A stretch of 64,000 nt of DNA from a virus: IMG/VR virus record IMGVR_UViG_3300048837_001089, positions 5,277-69,276 of that record, one strand, 5' to 3'. The notes beneath the pieces are model-generated. The model was not told where the DNA came from. It saw only the letters and a program-made list of their open reading frames with translations, and did no database searches. Within the stretch, counting starts at the first letter, position 1. Every line of letters starts with the position of its first letter. The translations under genes and the position numbers were made by a program. Positions 54,978 through 62,054 of this stretch are shown one piece after another.

Positions 54978-55538
54978 TTAGGCCGGGACGACTATGTGCG
55001 CGCAGCCGCGAAACAGGTGCGAATCCATTGGCGGCTTTTCGGACACAATAATCAGTTTGCCATCGGCCCAAGCGCGTACACGCTCGGCAGTGGCCGCGAA
55101 TACCCCGCCTTCGCTCAGCCAGGTTGACCTGATGGGACCGGCGTCGTCGACTATCGCAAATTTGAAACAGGAGGCCCGCACCATCCCCAACCCTGGACGG
55201 TGTGACGAGTACGGCTGCCCTTTGCCCAGGAATCTCGTCGTGTCCACACAATCATTGAGCCCATCCCATCGGATGCTGATGTAGGGCGAGTTCGCAGTCT
55301 CGATTATGCGCTCCAGCCTGGATTTCGTCGCCCACACTGAGTTGCCATCGCGCGCTTGCACCTCTACCCATATCGGGCGTCCGCCCGGTGCAAACACAGC
55401 GTCACATGCACGCCGTATAGCCGTTTCCTGCGCGGGGATATTTGCTCCCTGCTCCGCCGCCACGGCCGTACCCGAAACGGCCGGCAAGGCCGCCATGGGC
55501 GCGAGGCCAAGTGCTGTTAGTAGTGCTCTCCGGTTCAT
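54978..55538 (-). CDS. Hypothetical protein with twin-arginine-like N-terminus
   Basis: AAGGAG RBS; MNRRALLTALGLAPMAA. Confidence 0.7.
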   Translation of the reverse strand: MNRRALLTALGLAPMAALPAVSGTAVAAEQGANIPAQETAIRRACDAVFAPGGRPIWVEVQARDGNSVWATKSRLERIIETANSPYISIRWDGLNDCVDTTRFLGKGQPYSSHRPGLGMVRASCFKFAIVDDAGPIRSTWLSEGGVFAATAERVRAWADGKLIIVSEKPPMDSHLFRGCAHIVVPA

Positions 55539-55562
55539 TGTCTGGTTCTCCTTTTCTGTGAG

Positions 55563-55727
55563 GTTGCCCGCCGCGCTTCCCGCATGGGTTGCGAGGTAGG
55601 GATGGCAGCGGGCAATGAGGATGCAGACCGGCGCTGGGTGGATGGGAAGCGGAGCAATCATGGCCGGTCTGCAAGCTGTCGGGGCGGCGCGTACCCACTG
55701 GGTTTCGTTGCCCGATTGGCCGCCCCG
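55563..55727 (-). repeat. Dual-spacer stem-loop (TIGR-like) sub-array D, 3 units
   Basis: Units 55563-55616, 55622-55673, 55680-55727; + strand pattern stem-(G/C)GCG-N9-TGGGNNNCG-N9-TGGC(C/A)-stem. Confidence 0.88.
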
Positions 55728-55733
55728 TGCCGG

Positions 55734-56372
55734 TCACACCGGCAATTCGTCTACGTCGGCGCGCAGCTTCGCGGCCTGCGCAAGCGTCACGACCTTTGAC
55801 ACAATCTGTTCGGCGCGCGTGCCCTTTGCGCGAATCAACCTCAGCCACGACATCTCGCGGTACTCGCTGCCGATCCGGCCAGCCTTCTCCGCGCATATTG
55901 CGTCAAGCTGCTCCATCGTCGCGTCGCCCAGCCGGACAGTCCTGCCGTTGCCCAAGCCGTACCGAATATCGAATAGCGTCTCCTGGCTGGCGCGGCTGCC
56001 GCTTGCGTAGCTGGCACGTACCGTGGCCGTAAAGCCGGCCCCTATTTTCTGTTTGGCTTTTTCGGAAAGTTTTGCCGCGAGGCCGACCTTGGCTGCTCCG
56101 TCCGACTCCGCTGCGGCGAGGATGCGCTTGTTGTCACTCAGTCGGACGTGGGCAATCATGCTTTTTGCCTGTTCGAGCAACATGTAGTCGCGGAGAGATT
56201 CGCGGGCCAGCGCTTCGCGGTAGAGTGCCGTTGCCGCCTTGGCTTCATCGCCATTGCATGCGTCGAGTATACGGCGTGCTGTCGATGCGGGCGTCTCGTC
56301 ATGCGCGCCCGTAACGCGCTGGCGACGCGGCTTGAAGGCTTTGGTTGTTCTGGTTTCTGGTGAGATGAACAT
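55734..56372 (-). CDS. Hypothetical protein bracketed by two sub-arrays
   Basis: GGAG RBS, 212 aa; abuts array units on both sides. Confidence 0.75.
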   Translation of the reverse strand: MFISPETRTTKAFKPRRQRVTGAHDETPASTARRILDACNGDEAKAATALYREALARESLRDYMLLEQAKSMIAHVRLSDNKRILAAAESDGAAKVGLAAKLSEKAKQKIGAGFTATVRASYASGSRASQETLFDIRYGLGNGRTVRLGDATMEQLDAICAEKAGRIGSEYREMSWLRLIRAKGTRAEQIVSKVVTLAQAAKLRADVDELPV

Positions 56373-56399
56373 TTCAGTGCTCCGTTGGGTTTTGGGGTA

Positions 56400-56693
56400 A
56401 GCGACGCGGCGCCCGTAGATTGGGGTTCGCCCGCCGTATGGCCGCATCGCTATGGGTTGCCTGACCGGGCGATCGAGTACCGGGCTGCGTCACCAGTTTG
56501 GCCCGGTCAGGCGTTGGTTAAGAGGGCGGCGGCTTCATCATGAGTTTCGCAAGCAGCATGGCCGCCCTCTATTGGTTACCCCGCCGCCGCGCGTCCTCGG
56601 CCGGACTGCGGTCCTCCTCTGGCAGCGACGGGAATTGGTGTGGCGGGGCGGCGGATTCATGATGGGTTTCGCCAAAGTGGTGGCCGCCCCGCC
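56400..56693 (-). repeat. Dual-spacer stem-loop (TIGR-like) sub-array C, 5 units
   Basis: Units 56400-56451, 56459-56512, 56521-56570, 56580-56632 (degenerate), 56642-56693; period about 60 bp. Confidence 0.9.
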
Positions 56694-56698
56694 TTCGG

Positions 56699-57937
56699 CT
56701 ACGCCATAGAGCGTCGCCATTCCGAAAACAGGTCTGCGACCATGCACTTGCCGAGATATCGCAGGGCGCGGTTGGTGGCGTGCTTCTTGTACGATTCCTT
56801 GTGCTCGCCCTTGGCGTTAATCGCAGTCGTGACAGGCAGGCCCAGCTTGTCCGATTCCAGCCTTACGCGCTTCGCGAAAATGCGCTGCTGCGGCGTCAGG
56901 TCAGGATTGGCGTCAACGTCCTCGCCAAAGGCGGGCCGCCACTTGCCCATGCCGAGAATCATCGGCCCGGTCGCGTTCCACAGGACGCTTCGCCGCTTGC
57001 GGTTGTAGCCCTCGGTGACCCACGTGTCCTCCGTGGCTCCCGCACCTGGGTTGCCCTGCCTGTGGCCGTCGATAACCGCCACCCCAAGCCGCTTCCACAA
57101 GGCGGACACGGACTTGAAGTCGCCGACTACAAAAACCTCGCCGGCCTTGCCGAATTCATTATCAGTGCGGTTGACGCTGGTGGCTTCCGCGATGATGGTA
57201 GCGAGTGACACGTCGCCCAGGCCCTTCGTCTTTTTGCAGAAGTCGATGATGGGAAGTTTTCGAAGCTCGCGGATCATAACCTTCGCTCGGTGCTGGATTT
57301 CCGCCTCAAGCGGCTCCTGCGCCCGCAGGTACGGTGCGATGGCCTCGTTGAGTTCTGACGCCGGGTCCGCCAAGGCCTTCTTGTATTCGGCGTCTACAAA
57401 CTTTTCGGCGGCTTTTGCTTCGGGCGAATCGCGGTCGCCGAACCTCTCGATGCCCAGAAAGCCGCGCACAATCGCCTTACACTGGTTTGTCAGCTTTGTG
57501 TTCGCAACGATGGCGCGCTGCCGTAGACGATGCGCGTGCCGGATGGCGAGGATTGCCGGCAGGTGCGCCGGGTTGGTGCGGAAGACGGGGGCGTCCTCAC
57601 CTTGGGTTTCGCAGATGTTATGGCCGCCGTCTTCCGTTGGGGAACCAGCGTGCGGCGGTTCGGCAGTGGGTTTCGCCCGCTTGATGGCCGCATCGCTGGT
57701 TTGGGTGTTGCCGACCGCGTCTGGATAATGGGTATCGACCGGTGACTGGCAGTCGGCAATAAGTGGGCTGGTGGCGTAGTCCGGGTGGGTTTCGTCGCGC
57801 CCTTGGCCGCCAGCTTTGGTGTTGCCCTTGGCGGCTGCCCCGGAGGCGCCGTCGCGGGCTTTTCGTATGCGCACTCTCGGCGCTGAATCTGTCATCGCCG
57901 CGAGTGCGGCGGGGTTCATGGGTACGTCGTCAAACAT
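56699..57937 (-). CDS. Nuclease-less IS110/Nop-domain RNA-binding protein (TasA-like)
   Basis: HRLRQ...KLTNQ coiled coil, KGLGDVSLATIIAE, DFKSVSALWKRLG, YNRKRRSVLW, HATNRALRY; no DEDD RuvC domain; AGGAGA RBS. Confidence 0.8.
   Translation of the reverse strand: MFDDVPMNPAALAAMTDSAPRVRIRKARDGASGAAAKGNTKAGGQGRDETHPDYATSPLIADCQSPVDTHYPDAVGNTQTSDAAIKRAKPTAEPPHAGSPTEDGGHNICETQGEDAPVFRTNPAHLPAILAIRHAHRLRQRAIVANTKLTNQCKAIVRGFLGIERFGDRDSPEAKAAEKFVDAEYKKALADPASELNEAIAPYLRAQEPLEAEIQHRAKVMIRELRKLPIIDFCKKTKGLGDVSLATIIAEATSVNRTDNEFGKAGEVFVVGDFKSVSALWKRLGVAVIDGHRQGNPGAGATEDTWVTEGYNRKRRSVLWNATGPMILGMGKWRPAFGEDVDANPDLTPQQRIFAKRVRLESDKLGLPVTTAINAKGEHKESYKKHATNRALRYLGKCMVADLFSEWRRSMA
57579..57815 (-). repeat. 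Dual-spacer stem-loop sub-array B, 4 units inside the tas-like ORF
   Basis: Units 57579-57636, 57643-57701, 57707-57760, 57766-57815. Confidence 0.9.
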
Positions 57938-57958
57938 GCGGTGTCTCCTGTTGTGGTG

Positions 57959-58144
57959 GCGCAAGCGGCGCCCCTAGAATGGTTTTCGACGGTACGGTGG
58001 CCGCTTGCGTTTAGGGAGCCCGGTCGGCGGTGGACCAATGGATTGCGCTTGTTTTGTGGCCGGCCGGGCTGTTGGTGGATTTGGGCGGGTTGGGGGTGAT
58101 GGCGCGCATTTCATGGGTCACGCGGCGGCGCTGGCCATCACCCC
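57959..58144 (-). repeat. Dual-spacer stem-loop sub-array A, 3 units
   Basis: Units 57959-58010, 58017-58070, 58093-58144. Confidence 0.9.
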
Positions 58145-58305
58145 GAACGCGCCACCGGCGTCTCAGCCGGCAGCGTCCTCTGTGCGTCTACGGCGGGTTC
58201 GGCAGGACTTCGAGGATTCTTCTCTTGCCGCTCATCTCGTTCATGACCTTCGATCCCCTGTGTTTCGGCGCGTCTTGGGAGGCGACCGCCGGGTGGTTGA
58301 TTGGG

Positions 58306-58369
58306 GTTATATGCCTAACGCAGATTATTGTCAACTGCCTAACGCAGATTTATATGTGCGATACGCAGA
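58306..58369 (-). promoter_or_regulatory. Left early promoter with three repressor operators
   Basis: - strand TTGACA-N17-TATAAC (58334-58306); operators at 58310-58324, 58334-58348 and 58355-58369 resembling TCTGCGTWACGCAGA. Confidence 0.8.
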
Positions 58370-58371
58370 CC

Positions 58372-58989
58372 ATGATTAGGAACAACGAAGAAATAGGCGT
58401 CAGGCTGCGAGAAGCGCGCGAGGCTGCGGGGTTTAAGACCGCAAAGGATGCAGCGCAGTCTATGGGTGTCCCCTACGGAACCTACTCACTGCACGAAACT
58501 GGCGCGCGAGGCATCGCCCGCGCGGTTGAGCTGTACGCACGGCGTTTACACGTTTCTGTAGATTGGCTGCTGAGGGGAATCGGCCCTGGCCCCCGGAACA
58601 AGAAAGCCGCTGCGGTTGGCATACCGTTGCTTTCTTGGGTTAGTGCTGGGGCTATGAGCCGGGATGATGTTGGTGACGAAGCCCTCGGCGTGCTGGATAT
58701 AGGGCACCTGCCTGACGGCGACTGGATCGCCCTTCGTGTCGAGGGCGACTCGATGGACCGAATATCTCCTCCAGAATCGGTTATTCTGGTGAACCGTAAA
58801 GATCGGCGCCTCGTCGCAAACGCCTGCTATGTGGTGTCCGACATTAGCGGCAATGCCACATATAAAAGGTATCGGCCCAATCCACCGAGGTTTGAGCCTG
58901 TATCCACCAACCCCGTACACGAGCCGATTTATCCAGACAACGAAGTCCCGGTTGTCGGGCGTGTGCGCCGCACCATCTTGGACATGTGA
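58372..58989 (+). CDS. cI: CI-like repressor (HTH + S24 peptidase)
   Basis: RLREARE HTH, VDWLL, VSAG cleavage site, GDSM, YKR. Confidence 0.93.
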   Translation: MIRNNEEIGVRLREAREAAGFKTAKDAAQSMGVPYGTYSLHETGARGIARAVELYARRLHVSVDWLLRGIGPGPRNKKAAAVGIPLLSWVSAGAMSRDDVGDEALGVLDIGHLPDGDWIALRVEGDSMDRISPPESVILVNRKDRRLVANACYVVSDISGNATYKRYRPNPPRFEPVSTNPVHEPIYPDNEVPVVGRVRRTILDM

Positions 58990-59001
58990 TTCGACGAAAA
59001 G

Positions 59002-59071
59002 TCTGCGTTAAGCGAGTAACTTGCGTAACGCAGATTTTTTTGTTGACTTTTGTATCTGCGTTACGCATAAT
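59002..59071 (+). promoter_or_regulatory. Right early promoter with three repressor operators
   Basis: TTGACT-N17-CATAAT (59043-59071); operators at 59002-59016, 59020-59034 and 59055-59069. Confidence 0.8.
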
Positions 59072-59105
59072 CCCCCTATCACCACTCGATAGGGGACTTC
59101 CCACC

Positions 59106-60266
59106 ATGCCCGCCAGACGCACCACCCAGCCGGACCAAGACACCAACACGCCCACCACACCGCCCACCACACCCGACGCCCCGCCCATCGTCGCCTATAA
59201 GGGCTTCAATCGCGACCTCACATGCTCGCCTGACGGCAAGCCGTTTCAGTATGAACTCGGAAAGACCTACGACAATGGCGGCACGCCGGTCGTGCGGTGT
59301 GGTGAAGGGGCTTTCCATTGGGTGGAAATGCCACTTGATGCCTTCAGCTATTACGGACCGGCGTCGAGTCGGTATGCGACGGTCGAGCCTGCAGGCGAGA
59401 TTGCCCGCGAGGAAAATAGCGATACGAAGGGCGCGTCCAGTATCCTGACCGTCAAGGTCGATATCTCGATCGGTGAATTGACGCGACGTGCAGTGTCGTG
59501 GGTTGCCGATATGGCTCGCAAGCAGGGCAACGGACAGCATACGACCGGCAACCGCGCCCATGCGGCCAGCACCGGGGACTACGCCCATGCGGCCAGCACC
59601 GGCAACCGCGCCCATGCGGCCAGCACCGGGGATGGCGCCCATGCGGCCAGCACCGGGGACTACGCCCATGCGGCCAGCACCGGGGACTACGCCCATGCGG
59701 CCAGCACCGGGGACTACGCCCATGCGGCCACCGCCGGCAACCGCGCCCATGCGGCCAGCACCGGGGACTACGCCCATGCGGCCAGCACCGGCTACTGCGC
59801 CCATGCGGCCAGCACCGGGGACTACGCCCATGCGGCCAGCACCGGCTACTGCGCCCATGCGGCCAGCACCGGGGATGGCGCCCATGCGGCCAGCACCGGC
59901 AACCGCGCCCATGCGGCCAGCACCGGGGATGGCGCCCATGCGGCCAGCACCGGGGACTACGCCCATGCGGCCAGCACCGGCAACCGCGCCCATGCGGCCA
60001 GCACCGGGGATGGCGCCCATGCGGCCAGCACCGGCAACCGCGCCCATGCGGCCAGCACCGGGGATGGCGCCGTGGCTGTGGCAATCGGTTTCGGTTCAAC
60101 AGCCACCGCGGGCAAAGGCGGTGCCATCAGCTTGGCTGCATACGACGAAACGGTGTGGCCGCCGAAGCTCGTGGCCGTGCGGTCATCGATGGTCGGCCAG
60201 AACGGTATTGAGGCCGGAAAGAAGTATCGCCTCACAGTCTCTGGCAAATTTGAGGAGGTGCTCTGA
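59106..60266 (+). CDS. Early phage protein with YKGF/FQY N-domain and 9-aa tandem repeats
   Basis: AYKGFNRDLTC, FQYELGKTY, PLDAFSYY; STGxxAHAA repeats; C-terminal VGQNGIEAGKKYRL. Confidence 0.85.
   Translation: MPARRTTQPDQDTNTPTTPPTTPDAPPIVAYKGFNRDLTCSPDGKPFQYELGKTYDNGGTPVVRCGEGAFHWVEMPLDAFSYYGPASSRYATVEPAGEIAREENSDTKGASSILTVKVDISIGELTRRAVSWVADMARKQGNGQHTTGNRAHAASTGDYAHAASTGNRAHAASTGDGAHAASTGDYAHAASTGDYAHAASTGDYAHAATAGNRAHAASTGDYAHAASTGYCAHAASTGDYAHAASTGYCAHAASTGDGAHAASTGNRAHAASTGDGAHAASTGDYAHAASTGNRAHAASTGDGAHAASTGNRAHAASTGDGAVAVAIGFGSTATAGKGGAISLAAYDETVWPPKLVAVRSSMVGQNGIEAGKKYRLTVSGKFEEVL
59541..60071 (+). repeat. 27-bp coding tandem repeat, 19 full copies plus one partial
   Basis: agcaccgg(c/g)-NNNNNN-gcccatgcggcc; variable dipeptide NR, DY, DG or YC. 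Confidence 0.95.
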
Positions 60267-60553
60267 TGGACGCCGTCGTCAAGCAGGCCCCCGTCACCAC
60301 CCCGCCCGCAAAGCGCCCGCTGAGAAGATGGCCCGGCTTCCCCGGCCCCAGGACCGCCGAGCAGATCGGCGCGGGGTGGCTGGTATTCAAGCGCGGCGAC
60401 CGCACCGGCCGCATTGAAAACCGCGGCGTCCCCTTCGAGCATCCTACACTGGAATCCGCGATAACCGAGGCAAGGCGTCTCCGCCGGCTTTACGGCGGCC
60501 ATTACGACGTGGTCGGCATCTATGCCTCGTTGATGGGTGGCGACGATGAATAG
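60266..60553 (+). CDS. Hypothetical protein
   Basis: GGAGG RBS; PFEHPTLESAITEARRL. Confidence 0.7.
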   Translation: MDAVVKQAPVTTPPAKRPLRRWPGFPGPRTAEQIGAGWLVFKRGDRTGRIENRGVPFEHPTLESAITEARRLRRLYGGHYDVVGIYASLMGGDDE

Positions 60554-60794
60554 CGCCCACAGCCTGTCCGCCAACCGTCTGCCGACCCACAGCCACACCG
60601 CCCACAGCCACACCGCCGAGGCCAACCCTGCCAGCGGCTTCTACGCGGCGCTACGGGAAGACCCGTTCCATGCCGAACTGCGCGACTTGCTGACGGCCGA
60701 AGCCGGGCCATTCCTGAAAGACGCCGCCGCCTTCCTCGCCATGTCGGCGTTTCTGGCGACCGCAGTTGTTTACCTGATTTCATACGCGGCCTAG
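60546..60794 (+). CDS. Hypothetical protein with C-terminal TM
   Basis: Overlapping start; hydrophobic tail. Confidence 0.55.
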   Translation: MNSAHSLSANRLPTHSHTAHSHTAEANPASGFYAALREDPFHAELRDLLTAEAGPFLKDAAAFLAMSAFLATAVVYLISYAA

Positions 60795-60810
60795 CCGCAT
60801 GGGGATACAC

Positions 60811-61152
60811 ATGACTTACAACGACACCCGCGATTACAACGACACCCGCGCCCACAGAACCATCGTCAGCGCGTACGAAGCCATCGCGGACGGCGTTTCA
60901 GCTGCCGCTATGCTTACCGTCGCCGAGGCGCAGCGCCTGGCCGGCAACATCGCAATGGCAGCCCGCGCCCGCCGCGTTGCAGACGAGATCGCGTCGATGA
61001 CCGGCGTCAGCTTCGACTGCAAGAGAACCCGCAGGGAAGCCTTCGGCGGACAGCCGAGAGACCGGCCGCGTCACGAACCTGTCCGGCCAGGGCCGGCGCC
61101 CCGCCAGAAGGCGCGCAACTACGGTTCGCCACGCAACAGGAGGGCAGCGTGA
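60811..61152 (+). CDS. Hypothetical protein
   Basis: RBS; YNDTR duplicated. Confidence 0.6.
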   Translation: MTYNDTRDYNDTRAHRTIVSAYEAIADGVSAAAMLTVAEAQRLAGNIAMAARARRVADEIASMTGVSFDCKRTRREAFGGQPRDRPRHEPVRPGPAPRQKARNYGSPRNRRAA

Positions 61153-62054
61153 TGACGGCACGCCCAATGAACACCTGTCTTCCTCGCGCCACGCAGATCG
61201 GCTCCCGGCAGGTGGCGGAGACGCTACGCAAGCTCACCGCTGAAGTCGGTGGTCTCAAGGCATTCGAGCCCGGCGTTCGCGAAGCAATCGGCAACACGAA
61301 CTGGACTGTGCTCATGCAGCGGCTAGATGAGGCCGAAGCCGCCCTATCTCGCATCGTGCAAGCGCCGGTAGCGGATGGAGTGCGGGAGGCGTTGCGCGAA
61401 GCCTACGATTTCCTGTCGGGCAATTACCAGAACCTATCGACGGGTAATTGGCACGACGACGATGCCGGTCTTGTCGCGAGCAAAGTTCTCGCTGTTTTGG
61501 ACGACATGGAGATGTCATCCGCCCTCGCATCTTCCGACCCCACGCCGGCCACAGAGGCGGGCGGTGCCGCCATGCCGGCCGATGCCGAATGGTATCATCG
61601 CAAAGCTGCATTGGAAGGCGACCATGAGATCGGTGTCGGCAAACGGCTGACTTCAACCATCAATTCAACCCCGGAAGAAATAGTCGAATTTGAGCGCCTT
61701 GCATTGGAAGCGCTCCCGAAGTGGGCACAGGACGAGATTCGATCTGCGCGAGACGCCCTCCGCCAGTCCAAGCCGCAGGCTTTGCCGGATGGGTGGAAGC
61801 CGCTGACCTGCAAGGGCGATCGGATGACATGTCCGATGCCGCCCGACGAAACGATAGTCGAGGTGATGCTCGAAGACGGGACGATCTGCCCGGCTTGGTA
61901 TGGCTGCAACATCATGGATGCCGGCGACTGGGATTTCATGCCCGTCAACAGCGATGACGAGCCTGACGATGACAGTATCGCAGATAAGGTCATTGCTTGG
62001 CGCTACCTCGCCTCCGCTCCATCCCCATCCAGCGAGGCGGTGGGGTGCGAGTGA
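61149..62054 (+). CDS. Mosaic early-region hypothetical protein
   Basis: Coupled overlaps; C-terminal PDGW...VIAWRYL (DUF551-like). Confidence 0.65.
   Translation: MMTARPMNTCLPRATQIGSRQVAETLRKLTAEVGGLKAFEPGVREAIGNTNWTVLMQRLDEAEAALSRIVQAPVADGVREALREAYDFLSGNYQNLSTGNWHDDDAGLVASKVLAVLDDMEMSSALASSDPTPATEAGGAAMPADAEWYHRKAALEGDHEIGVGKRLTSTINSTPEEIVEFERLALEALPKWAQDEIRSARDALRQSKPQALPDGWKPLTCKGDRMTCPMPPDETIVEVMLEDGTICPAWYGCNIMDAGDWDFMPVNSDDEPDDDSIADKVIAWRYLASAPSPSSEAVGCE

Noticed and set aside
56699-57964. Active IS110 transposon
   Set aside because: No DEDD RuvC domain or catalytic serine loop; the gene is integrated into the phage early operon
55563-58144. Units as a CRISPR array or as a run of terminators
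   Set aside because: No 23-50-nt identical repeat and no cas1/cas2; the hairpins lack T-tracts and enclose a fixed 9-9-9 layout
58030-58371. N-terminal extension of the repressor ORF
   Set aside because: It crosses array units, the promoter and operators; the HTH begins at ATG 58372
54422-58937. Isolated 9-mer spacer matches (atcgggcaa at 54422, ttatccaga at 58929)
   Set aside because: The adjacent bases do not match the partner spacer, and single 9-mer hits are expected by chance in 64 kb
59541-60071. 27-bp repeats as a CRISPR or guide array
   Set aside because: They are in-frame coding repeats with only 6-7 variable nt drawn from four recurring cassettes; there are no unique spacers
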